NCBI GenBank assembly: GCA_039978895.1 | Contig: JBDWAL010000055.1 | Coordinates: forward strand, 274,138-338,137 | DNA length: 64,000 nucleotides | Direction of reading: 5' to 3' | Source of the DNA: Aliishimia sp. | GTDB lineage: Bacteria > Pseudomonadota > Alphaproteobacteria > Rhodobacterales > Rhodobacteraceae | Shown: piece after piece, positions 20,381 to 30,734 of the stretch | Numbering within the stretch: the first letter of the stretch is position 1 | How the letters are laid out: each line of letters begins with the position of its first letter | Notes under the pieces: model-generated | Seen by the model: only the letters and a program-made list of their open reading frames with translations | The model's database searches: none | Told to the model about the DNA's origin: nothing | Program-made: the position numbers and the translations under genes

Positions 20381-20601
20381 GCCAAATTTTTACGTTTCAT
20401 CTTAACCATAGTGTGTCGAAAAGCACAGGCGAGCCAAGGGCGTCAATCTGCGTCCCTCTGAGGTCGGTGGAAACGCGAAATGCTTGATGTGGCTGCTCGG
20501 GCCTTTTTGTTGCGCCAAGACTAGCATGGGGGGATGGGCCGCGCCAAGACGCAGGTTACGTTGATGTGGTGTCGCAAACTTAAGTGGACCAAAGGGCACC
20601 T

Positions 20602-22230
20602 CTATTGCGATGCGGCCAGTTTGCGTAACTCAAATTTCTGTATCTTTCCGGTCGAAGTCTTCGGCAGCTCCAAGAAAACTACAGATTTCGGCGTTTTAAA
20701 CCCTGCAAGTTTTTCGCGGGTAAATGCAATCAAGTTGGCCTCGCTTGGATTGGTTCCCGGTTTGATTTCCACAAAGGCGCAAGGAACTTCGCCCCATTTT
20801 TCGTCAGGTTTGGCGACGACAGCCGCTAGAAGAACGTCCGGATGTCCCATCAGAACACCCTCGACCTCGACGGAGGAGATGTTCTCACCACCTGAAATGA
20901 TGATGTCTTTCGCTCGATCCGCGATTTGAATGTAGCCGTCGCTGTGTTGGACTGCGAGGTCTTCCGAGTGGAAATACCCGCCTTTGAAGGCCTTTGCCGT
21001 TGCCTCCGGATTCTTGAGATATCCCTTCATCACGGAATTTCCACGCATCACGATTTCACCTTGCGCGTTACCATCCATCGGAATTTGCGTCATGGTGTCG
21101 TCAAGTACGGTGATGTCATCCATCATTGGAAAGGCCACACCTTGACGCGCCTTGATTGCCGCGCGGTCATCGCCTTTCAGCTCGCTCCATTTTGCATCCT
21201 GCCACAAACATTCCGTGACATGCCCATAGGTTTCGGTCAGCCCATAGACTTGCGTGACATGAAACCCCATGGGTTCGATTTTGGATAAGGTCGCGGGGGC
21301 AGGTGGCGCACCCGCTGTGAAGACTTCAACGGTGTGCTCAAACGAACGGCGTTCGCCTTCAGGGGCATTGATCAATGCGTTCAAAACGATAGGGGCGCCG
21401 CCAAAATGCGTGACGCCTTCTTGTGCGATAGCCTCAAAAATGTTGGCGGCGGTAACATCGCGGCAGCATATAATTGTACCGCCCAGCATCGGCATCATCC
21501 ATGTGTGGTTCCATCCATTGCAGTGGAACAAGGGGACGATCGTTAGGTAAATCGGATGCATGACCATTCGCCAGCTTACAACTGTCCCCATTGTCATCAA
21601 ATAAGCACCACGATGATGATAAACGACACCCTTTGGCCGTCCAGTTGTGCCGGAGGTGTAGTTCAGCGCCAGACTTTCCCATTCGTCCTGAGGCATGATC
21701 CACTCAAAGGCCGGATCGGCTTTGGAGAGCAAATCTTCATAAGTTTGATGCCGCCCACTGGCAGGATACCCTGCCGCGATATCGGGTATTTCGATGATTT
21801 GGGGGGACGCACCTTCAATTTGCGCAACGCTGTCTTCAACCAAACCCAGAAATTGGGTGTCCACCAATACGACCTTGGCCCCGCCATGGTCGAAAATATA
21901 GCTGACAGTGCTGACATCCAATCGGACATTGATGGTGTTCAAGACGGCGCCGCAAGCGGGCACGCCAAAATGCGCTTCGGCTTGGGCTGGAAGGTTTGGA
22001 ATGAGGGTGGCCACGACGTCGCCGGGTAAAACGCCTAAGCTCGCCAAGCCAGACGCCAAGCGCGTACAACGTTCATGATAGTCGCCGTAGTTGACCCGGT
22101 GATTGCCATAAACCACAGCTAAATGATCCGGAAACACTTTGGCAGCACGTTGCAAATGCGACAGGGGCGTGAGCGGCACATAGTTCGCGGCACATTTTTC
22201 AAGGCCCGTTTCGTCAGTCATCCAGCCCAT
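20602..22230 (-). CDS. AMP-forming acyl-CoA synthetase (medium-chain type)
   Basis: AMP-binding motifs YTSGTTGRPKGV, GEIVMRGNSVMKGY and PKTSTGKIQK. Confidence 0.9.
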   Translation of the reverse strand: MGWMTDETGLEKCAANYVPLTPLSHLQRAAKVFPDHLAVVYGNHRVNYGDYHERCTRLASGLASLGVLPGDVVATLIPNLPAQAEAHFGVPACGAVLNTINVRLDVSTVSYIFDHGGAKVVLVDTQFLGLVEDSVAQIEGASPQIIEIPDIAAGYPASGRHQTYEDLLSKADPAFEWIMPQDEWESLALNYTSGTTGRPKGVVYHHRGAYLMTMGTVVSWRMVMHPIYLTIVPLFHCNGWNHTWMMPMLGGTIICCRDVTAANIFEAIAQEGVTHFGGAPIVLNALINAPEGERRSFEHTVEVFTAGAPPAPATLSKIEPMGFHVTQVYGLTETYGHVTECLWQDAKWSELKGDDRAAIKARQGVAFPMMDDITVLDDTMTQIPMDGNAQGEIVMRGNSVMKGYLKNPEATAKAFKGGYFHSEDLAVQHSDGYIQIADRAKDIIISGGENISSVEVEGVLMGHPDVLLAAVVAKPDEKWGEVPCAFVEIKPGTNPSEANLIAFTREKLAGFKTPKSVVFLELPKTSTGKIQKFELRKLAASQ

Positions 22231-22294
22231 ATTGCAAATCTCCCTTGTTTGTCGTCTGTGGTATTTGACGGTTTAGCTGGGGCAAAAGCAATCC

Positions 22295-23215
22295 ATGACA
22301 AGCACATCGCAAAACCGGCCGACAGCGGCTGCGATCAGCATGGTAAGTGCGATGGCGATCATCGGCTGTATCGACATTTATGTGACTGTGATAGCCGAGA
22401 CTATCTCCGTTTGGCAATTTCTTGTGGTCCGTTTGGCAATGGCTGCCCCGATTGTACTTGCGTTGTCCTTACTGGGGCTTGGGACTGTGCGCCCTCGGAA
22501 TTTCAAGGCAGTGGCGATCCGTAGCATTTTTGTGGCGACGGGCATGTTTTTCTATTTTGGTGCTTTGGCTTTTATGCCGATTGCTATGGCTTTGGCTGGG
22601 CTGTTCACCTCGCCGATTTTTGTACTACTCTTAACGGCCTTTGTTTTAAAACAGCCAATCGGACCGTGGCGGGTGTTTGCAGTTTTAATTGGATTTGTTG
22701 GTATTCTTATGGTGCTTGGCCCATCGAGTGCTGCGTTGGGATGGGCCTTGGCCTTACCGGTGATCGGCGGCATGCTTTATGCGTCCGGGGTGGTCGCAAC
22801 ACGTGCGTTGTGTGAAGGGGAAAGCACATTGACGTTGCTTTTGGGCATTTTTCTAACGCAAGGAATAATTGGCCTAGCGGCACTGGGCATTGTCGAGGCC
22901 GTGCAGCTTGAAGTTGGAGCCGCCGGCCTCGCATTCTTGACCAGAGGGTGGATCTGGCCCATCGACGCGGCACTGCCATATCTTTTGGTGCAAGTTCTGG
23001 GATCTGTGATTGGGGTGGGATTACTGAATCGAGCGTACCAGTTGGGCGAAGCTAGTCATGTGGCTGTGTTTGAGTATTCGGTCATGATCTTTGGCCCATT
23101 TTTCGGTTGGTGGGTGCTGGGTCAACACGTAAATCTACAGCAAGGTTTGGGCATTGCATTGATCGCATTGGCGGGCGTTGTGATCGCCATACGCACCAGA
23201 GAGGGCCGAACGTGA
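22295..23215 (+). CDS. DMT superfamily (EamA-like) transporter
   Basis: 306 aa with about 10 hydrophobic helices, a duplicated EamA-like architecture. Confidence 0.8.
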   Translation: MTSTSQNRPTAAAISMVSAMAIIGCIDIYVTVIAETISVWQFLVVRLAMAAPIVLALSLLGLGTVRPRNFKAVAIRSIFVATGMFFYFGALAFMPIAMALAGLFTSPIFVLLLTAFVLKQPIGPWRVFAVLIGFVGILMVLGPSSAALGWALALPVIGGMLYASGVVATRALCEGESTLTLLLGIFLTQGIIGLAALGIVEAVQLEVGAAGLAFLTRGWIWPIDAALPYLLVQVLGSVIGVGLLNRAYQLGEASHVAVFEYSVMIFGPFFGWWVLGQHVNLQQGLGIALIALAGVVIAIRTREGRT

Positions 23216-23859
23216 TTTTGTCTCGTGGGCGGCGTTATTTGTTCATACACATTCCCAAAACAGGCGGAACGTCGATGGCACTCGCGTTAGAAGCACGCGC
23301 CATGAAGGACGATCTTATGTTGGGCGATACACCTAAAGCGATGCAGCGACGGCATAGATTGAAATCGGTACAGTCACGAGGGCGCTTGTGGAAACACGCA
23401 ACCATGGCAGATATTGATGGTCTGGTCGGACTAGATGAATTGCCGGACTTGTTCTGCTTCACGTTGGTGCGCAACCCATGGGAACGAACCGCCAGCTATT
23501 ACCATTGGCTGCGGTCGCAAAGTTTTGAACACAACTCTGTTCGGCTGGCGAAGACACTGACTTTCGACGCATTTGTACAGCACCCAAAAACACTTTCGAG
23601 CCTGAAGGCGTCTCCTGCGGCAGGGTATATGACGGACGCATCCGGACAGGAGCGTTGCGATCTTTACATACGATTGGAACACTTGGCGCATGATATCGCC
23701 GCATTAGAGGCTCATCTTGGCTTCAGTTTGCAGATACCGAAGGTCAATGCTTCGGAGAAGCCTGCAAGGTGGCAATCGCTCTTCAGCAATGAAAGCGTAG
23801 ACGCCCTGTCAAAGGTTTGTGCGAACGACATTCAGAGATTCGGATACAGGTTCGAATAA
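23212..23859 (+). CDS. sulfotransferase family protein
   Basis: GTG 23212 overlaps the DMT stop (GTGA). 5'-PSB-like motif YLFIHIPKTGGTS; also TLVRNPWERTASYY. Confidence 0.75.
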   Translation: MILSRGRRYLFIHIPKTGGTSMALALEARAMKDDLMLGDTPKAMQRRHRLKSVQSRGRLWKHATMADIDGLVGLDELPDLFCFTLVRNPWERTASYYHWLRSQSFEHNSVRLAKTLTFDAFVQHPKTLSSLKASPAAGYMTDASGQERCDLYIRLEHLAHDIAALEAHLGFSLQIPKVNASEKPARWQSLFSNESVDALSKVCANDIQRFGYRFE

Positions 23860-24089
23860 GGCAAATGGTTGGAAACCAGACTTGGGATAGCAAGACATGG
23901 CCCGCACTGTTCCCAATTAATGTCAAATTTTATCGAATTCGGATGATTGTCCCCTGAGGGGTTAACAATGCCTTAATTCCGCCCCGTCGATGACCAACAG
24001 CCGCCCAGAGAATCATAACATATGAATTCAATGCTTCACCGGCGTCTGGTCCTCGACCTCAAAACGCCCACGATCTGGGGAATGATTAA

Positions 24090-24749
24090 ATGTTTGGATG
24101 GAAGAGCAAAGCGACAGCAGCTCCACAACGCATGGCAGAAACCAGCGGTGCATTCGATGGAGCCGCCATATTCGCGGGCCACGGTTTAATCACCGGAACC
24201 AAAGTCGCGTCGAACCTTGGATGGCGCGCAGTTGATACAATCGCACCCGGCGATCAGGTTCTAACCTTTGATCACGGAATGCAGTATGTTGTCGAAGTTC
24301 GTCGCACAGTAATGTTTACCGACGCGACAACCGTTCCAGAACACATGTTGCCAGTAACTGTTCCTGCAGGCGCTCTGGGGAATCGCAATACAATGCGTTT
24401 GTTACCAGAACAAGGCGTGATGGTCGAAAGCGACGCGGCGATTGACGCGTTTGGTGATCCTTTCGCTGTTGTACCCGCAACCTCCTTGATCGGATTTCGT
24501 GGGGTCCACAGGGACCTACAGGCCAATGAATTCGAAATCGTTACATTGTTTTTCGCGAAGCCTGAAGTGATCTACGCAGAAGGCGGTGCCTTGATCTATT
24601 GCCCTCAAGCCCATCTGCAGCTCGCAGACATGCTCGATCCATCAAGCCAACCTTACGACGTGTTGAACATCGAAGAGGCAAGCTGGTTGATTGACTGCAT
24701 GGAAATGGAAAATATGCCAGCGCCACACATGCAGACGCAAGCGGCCTAA
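24090..24749 (+). CDS. Hint (Hedgehog/intein-like) domain-containing protein
   Basis: 219 aa; GLITGTKVASNLGWRAVDTIAPGDQVLTFDHGMQYVVEVRR is the pattern seen in roseobacter Hint-domain proteins. Confidence 0.7.
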   Translation: MFGWKSKATAAPQRMAETSGAFDGAAIFAGHGLITGTKVASNLGWRAVDTIAPGDQVLTFDHGMQYVVEVRRTVMFTDATTVPEHMLPVTVPAGALGNRNTMRLLPEQGVMVESDAAIDAFGDPFAVVPATSLIGFRGVHRDLQANEFEIVTLFFAKPEVIYAEGGALIYCPQAHLQLADMLDPSSQPYDVLNIEEASWLIDCMEMENMPAPHMQTQAA

Positions 24750-25266
24750 ACGAGATCAAAGACACAGAATTTCGGTAGCGGCAGTCAACCCCCCAGTTGG
24801 TCCTATCGATCTCGTTCCTTGTGTCTGGCCTTTTGAGCCTAGCCTCACGGTTTCGTCCCCAACACCGAAACCGTAAGCCAGGCACAAGGACCGCAACTTC
24901 TGCGGCAGAGGCCCGCCACAAGGAACGCAAAATTTTCCGAGTTCAATGAAGTATAATTGCCCGCAGTAGCAGCCAGATCAGCTATCGGGATTGCTTTCAT
25001 CTGGTGCGCTGTCCTCTCAAAGCACGTCGTTTGGTTTGAGGTTTGACCAAGTTGATGGGGTCAAACCTCATGTCATTCAGTGGATTTGAGATTTTGGTGG
25101 AAGCAAAAATACCAACATCCCCAATGATGCAGTAACGCGCAACTCAACGTCTAAAGGTTCCTTGGTATGCTTCCAGCCAGCCGAAATACAGGTTGGCCGA
25201 AAACAAGTAGGGTTCAATTGGTACGTTTTTTTGCGAAGTAGCCTTCATTAAAGGAACGTTTGGAAT

Positions 25267-25626
25267 TTGAGCGAACTTCGAAATTTGCGAACATTGGTTG
25301 GCAGTTTCCAGCAGTTTTTACTGCAGAAACCCAATCTTTCTGGCATGATCAACAAAAGCTCCTTAGGTGTTTTCTTGAGACTGCTTTCCCAAGACGCAGA
25401 GATTTTTGATCAGAAATTTTTTGTTCCCAACAGTTTCTCTAAAACCGGTATGATTGAATTTATCGGGTGCTTTTCAACGTGCAACGGCGAACAGGACAAA
25501 ATAACAACACCAAGCAATTCAAAGTTTAATCTGTCTCATGTCGCCTTACTTTACCCTTCTCTGCCAGACCGGCAGGATTACGTTGAAATCGATGCCAAGA
25601 GTAGTGCGAAACCTCGTCAGACTTAG
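25267..25626 (+). CDS. orphan ORF in an AT-rich spacer (doubtful)
   Basis: 119 codons from TTG, or 93 from ATG 25345. No recognisable family or RBS; about 40% GC. Listed only because it is the sole ORF in a 0.9-kb gap. Confidence 0.2.
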   Translation: MSELRNLRTLVGSFQQFLLQKPNLSGMINKSSLGVFLRLLSQDAEIFDQKFFVPNSFSKTGMIEFIGCFSTCNGEQDKITTPSNSKFNLSHVALLYPSLPDRQDYVEIDAKSSAKPRQT

Positions 25627-25661
25627 ATGGATGGCCAAGTCTTTCGAGGTTCCTAATGAGA

Positions 25662-28259
25662 TTAAGATGCTCTCTTTTGCAAGTGCTCACTCTCATAGAG
25701 CCTCTCTTCTTCTATGGATGAGTCGGGCACTACGCTTTGAGATGTTGCTTGGTGATCATTCGTTTCGAACATTCGAACCGTAGCAGACAGCTGTGCTTCA
25801 CTATGGGACAAAGCTTCCATGACTTCATCGTTCGACTTGGCAAGCGCAGCGTTCTGTTGGGCACTCGCATCCAAGCGAGACATCGCAGACACAAGCCCTG
25901 AAATTTCGTTGGTCTGCTCTTCTCCCGCTTGGCTAACGCCCGAGATTAAATCAAGAATTTCGCGCATGGACGCTGAAATTTTTTCTATCGCGCCACCAGT
26001 CATTCGAACTTTTTCAGAGCCGTTTTTGACGTTTTCGACATTGTCAGAAATTAAAGCACCAATTTGCCGAGACGCTACAGCAGACCGTTCTGCCAACATT
26101 CGCACCTCGGAAGCGACGACAGAAAAGCCCTTGCCAGCATCCCCAGCGCGCGCGGCTTCGACCGACGCATTCAATGCTAACAAGTTGGTCTGGAATGCTA
26201 TGTCGTCTATCGTGGCGACAATTTTTCCCATCTCTTCGGATGCGTTTTCGACGCTTTCTATTTGCTCGACCGCATCGGCTGCAATCTTGTGACTTGAACC
26301 TGTCTGTTCGCCGACGTTACGGATGAGAGTTTGGCATTTTTGCAATTGGACCGAATTTTCCTTCACAGTTGAAGACAAAACGTCTGCCATACCTGCCGAT
26401 TGAACGATCGTTTGTGCCTGTTCCGCAGATCGACTTTTTAGATCAGCTACCCCGTCTCGCATTTGTTGGGACGCTGACTTCAACAAGCCAGCCTCAGATT
26501 GGATGTCATGGAATGCACCCGACAATGTGCCGATAGAGATGTTCATTGCGCTGCCGATCTCTCCAAAGGTGCCATTGTAATGCGCGCCCATTTCTTTGGT
26601 CAGATCGCCCTTTGAAACCGCGGACATGATTGTCTTGATTTCTTGCAAAGCGTCGTCAGACATTTCAGCGATTTTGTTTAGGCCGACCGCAACTTCATGC
26701 CAAACGCCTGTTTTTCCGTCTGTATTTACCCGCATTGAGAAGTCGCCACTGGCGCAAGCCGCGACAACCATGTTGATCTCACGAACCGCTTGATCCTGCG
26801 CATCGGCTTCGGCTTTTTGCTGATCGAATACTTCTTGGTCCCGCTGGCGTTGATCCATGACGACAGTTTCAACCACCCCAAGAATTTCGTTGATGCCTTT
26901 ACCAAGTATCAACGATGCCCCACTGAGATCACGCAAGCGAATATTCAAGGTTGGTGCAAAATTCCCCGCGGACGCGTCTTTCACAATTCGTGCGATCCCT
27001 GCAACTGAACTGCTTTCCATTTTTTCTTGAGCGGTTCGCTGTTCAAAACGCGCTTGCTCACTAAGTTGGAACAGCTCAAGTGCACTTGTAATTTTACCTA
27101 AGTCAGCTTGTGGTGCCTGGACGATTGGAGTTTCAAAGTCGCCGTTTGCTAATGCGGTTACCCGACTCGCAGTCTGATTCAGGGAATTACGCGCGTTCCG
27201 CACTGTAAAGAATGAGAAAGTCCCAACGGTTAGGGTAATTAGGAGCATTTTAAGAGACGAGAAAATAATCATGTTGTCTGCCGATTTTTCGGCACCGCGC
27301 ATCAAAACTGCGATTTCCTCTACGCCTGCGTCTTCCAGTTGTTTGATTAAGTTGATTTTTTTGGTGATGGTTTGAAACCAATCTTCAGGTAGAACTTTGG
27401 CGATCTGGGCCGGATTGTTATCTTTCATAACGTCTCTGAACTGTTGGGTCATCAAGGATGCTTCAGTTTGATCGAAATCGTCCAACGCTTGTCTCATCGT
27501 TGGCATTGCCAGAGTGTGGTACGTATGGAAAAGGCTGTTTTGCTCTAAAACGAGCTCTAGAAAGCGGTTTCGAACGGCGTCCGGTACTTTGCCATTGTTC
27601 GTTTTAGCAAGCGCAAATCCGCTCGAACCTACTGCGCGCTCTAACCCTGAAAAATCTTTTGCGATCATCAAGACTGTGTGTCGTTGCAACGCACTTGCTG
27701 CGGCTGCATTTGAGATTTGCGTGCTCATGTCGACGAGCAAGGCAATCGCTGCTTTGTTGAGGGCTGTGATTTGGCCGACAGTTTCGGGAACTGTCGTTTC
27801 GAGCGCGTCTACTTCGAGGCGCAACGTATCAAGGTCGTCGATCAGATTCGACACAATGTGAACATCTTCACGCAGCGCACCTTCAATGTCTAACTCTAGA
27901 ATACTTGCAACATGTTCTTTGAAGTCCAAAGCGACAGCGTCAGTCAATAACCTTTGCTCAGGTAATTGCGTGGTGAAGGCGGCGCCATTGCTTGCGATAA
28001 ACCCTGCGCTTGCCCCTCGCTCCTTTTGCAATTCATGAACCAAATGGCCAACTGATCCACTTAGGTCCGCCATGTGGCGATCGTTGGTAGCATCGTGTTT
28101 TACTCTGAGGTCAGTCCTCATTTCAAATGCGAAGAATGTGAATGCGGCTGCGAACCCAGAAAGGGTCAAAATGATCATAGAAGTGCTGACTGGGAGCCGT
28201 TTCAAAGTAGCAAACATGTATTGAACTGCCTCGAAGAAATGAAGTTGTGGCTCGTTCAA
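25662..28259 (-). CDS. methyl-accepting chemotaxis protein with a NIT (nitrate/nitrite-sensing type) periplasmic domain and multiple HAMP repeats
   Basis: NIT signature [20 protein letters not shown] between two TM segments; repeated HAMP-like segments; MCP signalling domain ([40 protein letters not shown]). Confidence 0.9.
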   Translation of the reverse strand: MNEPQLHFFEAVQYMFATLKRLPVSTSMIILTLSGFAAAFTFFAFEMRTDLRVKHDATNDRHMADLSGSVGHLVHELQKERGASAGFIASNGAAFTTQLPEQRLLTDAVALDFKEHVASILELDIEGALREDVHIVSNLIDDLDTLRLEVDALETTVPETVGQITALNKAAIALLVDMSTQISNAAAASALQRHTVLMIAKDFSGLERAVGSSGFALAKTNNGKVPDAVRNRFLELVLEQNSLFHTYHTLAMPTMRQALDDFDQTEASLMTQQFRDVMKDNNPAQIAKVLPEDWFQTITKKINLIKQLEDAGVEEIAVLMRGAEKSADNMIIFSSLKMLLITLTVGTFSFFTVRNARNSLNQTASRVTALANGDFETPIVQAPQADLGKITSALELFQLSEQARFEQRTAQEKMESSSVAGIARIVKDASAGNFAPTLNIRLRDLSGASLILGKGINEILGVVETVVMDQRQRDQEVFDQQKAEADAQDQAVREINMVVAACASGDFSMRVNTDGKTGVWHEVAVGLNKIAEMSDDALQEIKTIMSAVSKGDLTKEMGAHYNGTFGEIGSAMNISIGTLSGAFHDIQSEAGLLKSASQQMRDGVADLKSRSAEQAQTIVQSAGMADVLSSTVKENSVQLQKCQTLIRNVGEQTGSSHKIAADAVEQIESVENASEEMGKIVATIDDIAFQTNLLALNASVEAARAGDAGKGFSVVASEVRMLAERSAVASRQIGALISDNVENVKNGSEKVRMTGGAIEKISASMREILDLISGVSQAGEEQTNEISGLVSAMSRLDASAQQNAALAKSNDEVMEALSHSEAQLSATVRMFETNDHQATSQSVVPDSSIEEERLYESEHLQKRAS

Positions 28260-28467
28260 TACGGCAGCGAACCTAATTGATTGCTAATTTTTCGAATAGA
28301 ATCCCGATTTTTTGGATTTAATTCTGCTCAAGGTTGGTCTGGAACTTAGGATAGTTCGAAAAATAAAAACAAAATCATGCCCAAAAATTAGGTGGGGAAA
28401 ATACTTGAAGGATCAAGGAGTCCTCAATGGCAATTAAATATCAAATACTTAGTTGGCTTCGGACATT

Positions 28468-28498
28468 CTGTCAGCCAGAATAGGTTTCGGGCTGACAG
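28468..28498 (-). terminator. hairpin just downstream of fadB
   Basis: CTGTCAGCC, a 13-nt loop, then GGCTGACAG, about 30 nt past the stop at 28530. No U-run. Confidence 0.3.
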
Positions 28499-28529
28499 AC
28501 ATTCTTACTTAATGTGACCTTTGTGACGT

Positions 28530-30734
28530 CTAAGCGGCAGATTTTACATCTGGATTGAAGCGACCATAGAACGTTTGGTTCTTCTCTGCCATTTCACGTA
28601 GCAACGCTGGGCATGCATAACGCGCGCCAAATTTAGCTTCCAATTGGTCACAGCGTTCGGCGGCGTAGGGTGTCCCGATCATATCGAGCCAGCTTAATGG
28701 ACCACCGGACCATGGGGCAAATCCCCATCCTAGGATGGCGCCCACATCGCCTTCGCGAATATCCATCAACACGCCTTCCTCCAATGCGCGCACGGCTTCA
28801 AGCACTTGTACGAACATCAAACGGTCTTTGATTTCCTGTAGTTCTGGTTGCTCTGCTGCGAGTGGATATTTGTCGTGCATACCTTTCCAATAGCCCAAAC
28901 GTTTGCCTTTTTCATCGTAATCAAAAAAGCCAGCGTTCGCTTTGCGCCCCATCCGACCAAGATCTTCCATCCAGAAGATAAGATCGTCGGCTTCGCTGTC
29001 GGGATATTCATTGCCCATTGCAGCTTTCGTGGCGCGTGCAATTTTGGCCCCAAGATCAATGGACGTTTCGTCGGTCAATTGGATTGGTCCAACTGGAAAA
29101 CCAAGCAACTGTGCCGCATTATCAACCATAGCAGGCGCCACGCCTTCCGTTAGCATCCGCGCGCCTTCGTTGACATAAGGAATGATGCAGCGGTTGGCGT
29201 AGAAGAAGCGTGCATCATTTACGACAATGGGTGTCTTGCGGATTTGGCGCACATAATCGAGCGATTTGGCTACGGCGCGATCACCCGTTTCATTTCCTTT
29301 GATGATCTCAACCAACAACATGCGTTCCACCGGAGAGAAGAAGTGAATGCCGATGAATTGCTCTGGCCGCACAGAGGCGGTCGCCAAAGATGTAATCGGT
29401 AATGTTGAGGTGTTGGAAGCATAGATACAGTCTTCTGGAATGATCGCTTCGACCTTTTTGGTCATCTCAGCCTTGACTGCGGGATCTTCAAACACGGCTT
29501 CAATGATCAGGTCGCAATCGCTGAGATGCGACAAGTCAGGCGTTGCCGTAATTTTCGACAAAAGAGCTTCTTTCTTTTCGGCTGTTGCTTTGCCGCGTTT
29601 TATGCCCTTGTCCATATAGCTTTCCGAGTAGGCTTTGCCTTTGTCGGCAGCGTCCTGATCTCGGTCGATCAAAACAACTTCGATCCCGGCTTGCGCTGAG
29701 ACAAGAGCAATGCCCGCGCCCATCATACCAGCGCCTAAAACGCCAAGCTTTTTGACACGCTGATCTGGGATGCCTTCTGGCCGGACAGCGCCTTTTTCCA
29801 ACGCTTCCTTGTTTAAGAAAAGTGATCGGATCATGGCACCCGAAGATGGGTTCATTAGGACAGAGGTAAACCAACGCGCTTCAATCTTTAGAGCTGTTTC
29901 GAATGGCACCAAGGCGCCTTCATAAACCGCTGACAACATGGCTTTGGCGGCTGGAAACACGCCTTTTGTTTTGCCGTTGACCATTGCGTTCGCGCCGACA
30001 AATGTCATGAAACCTGCAGGGTGGTAAGGTGCGCCACCCGGCATTTTATAGCCCTTTTTGTCCCAGTCTTTAACGAGGTCAGCATCAGATGCGTTAAGGA
30101 CCCATTCACTTGCTGCGGCCACCGGATCGGCTACAACTTCGTCGATAACGCCCGCGGATTTTGCTTTCGCAGGGGCCAACATCTTGCCTTCCAACAGCAA
30201 TGGTGAGGCTTGCATCACACCAAGCTTGCGCACCAACCGTGTGGTGCCGCCTGCGCCAGGAAAGATACCAACAAGAATTTCGGGCAGTCCAATACGCGCT
30301 TTGGGATTGTCGGCCACAAAGATGCGGTGCGTGGCAAGGGGTAGCTCCAAGCCGATGCCTGCTGCCGTGCCCGGAACCGCTGAGGCGATTGGCTTGCCGC
30401 CCTTCTGACTCTTGGGGTCCATTCCCGCCAGCTCGATTTTGCGCAGCAGGTGGTGCATCTTCATGGTGCCTTCGAACAGACCTTTGGCCGGATCGTCGCC
30501 TGCATCTTCTTTCATCTTGGCCAAAAGGTTCAAATCCATCCCGCCAGCAAAGGAGCCTTCTTTGCCAGATGTGATGACGATCCCTTTGACGGCGTCATCT
30601 TGAAGTGCGTCATCAATAGCATCCGAGAGCTCTTGAAGCCCGTTCAAGCTCATGACGTTCATGGATTTTCCGGGAACATCCCATGTGATTGTTGCGACGC
30701 CTGTAGCGTCTTTGATCATTGTGAAGTCGGCCAT
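28530..30734 (-). CDS. fadB: fatty-acid oxidation multifunctional protein (enoyl-CoA hydratase / 3-hydroxyacyl-CoA dehydrogenase)
   Basis: 734 aa with an N-terminal crotonase fold and an NAD-binding motif LGVLGAGMMGAGIA. Lies in an operon with the thiolase. Confidence 0.9.
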   Translation of the reverse strand: MADFTMIKDATGVATITWDVPGKSMNVMSLNGLQELSDAIDDALQDDAVKGIVITSGKEGSFAGGMDLNLLAKMKEDAGDDPAKGLFEGTMKMHHLLRKIELAGMDPKSQKGGKPIASAVPGTAAGIGLELPLATHRIFVADNPKARIGLPEILVGIFPGAGGTTRLVRKLGVMQASPLLLEGKMLAPAKAKSAGVIDEVVADPVAAASEWVLNASDADLVKDWDKKGYKMPGGAPYHPAGFMTFVGANAMVNGKTKGVFPAAKAMLSAVYEGALVPFETALKIEARWFTSVLMNPSSGAMIRSLFLNKEALEKGAVRPEGIPDQRVKKLGVLGAGMMGAGIALVSAQAGIEVVLIDRDQDAADKGKAYSESYMDKGIKRGKATAEKKEALLSKITATPDLSHLSDCDLIIEAVFEDPAVKAEMTKKVEAIIPEDCIYASNTSTLPITSLATASVRPEQFIGIHFFSPVERMLLVEIIKGNETGDRAVAKSLDYVRQIRKTPIVVNDARFFYANRCIIPYVNEGARMLTEGVAPAMVDNAAQLLGFPVGPIQLTDETSIDLGAKIARATKAAMGNEYPDSEADDLIFWMEDLGRMGRKANAGFFDYDEKGKRLGYWKGMHDKYPLAAEQPELQEIKDRLMFVQVLEAVRALEEGVLMDIREGDVGAILGWGFAPWSGGPLSWLDMIGTPYAAERCDQLEAKFGARYACPALLREMAEKNQTFYGRFNPDVKSAA

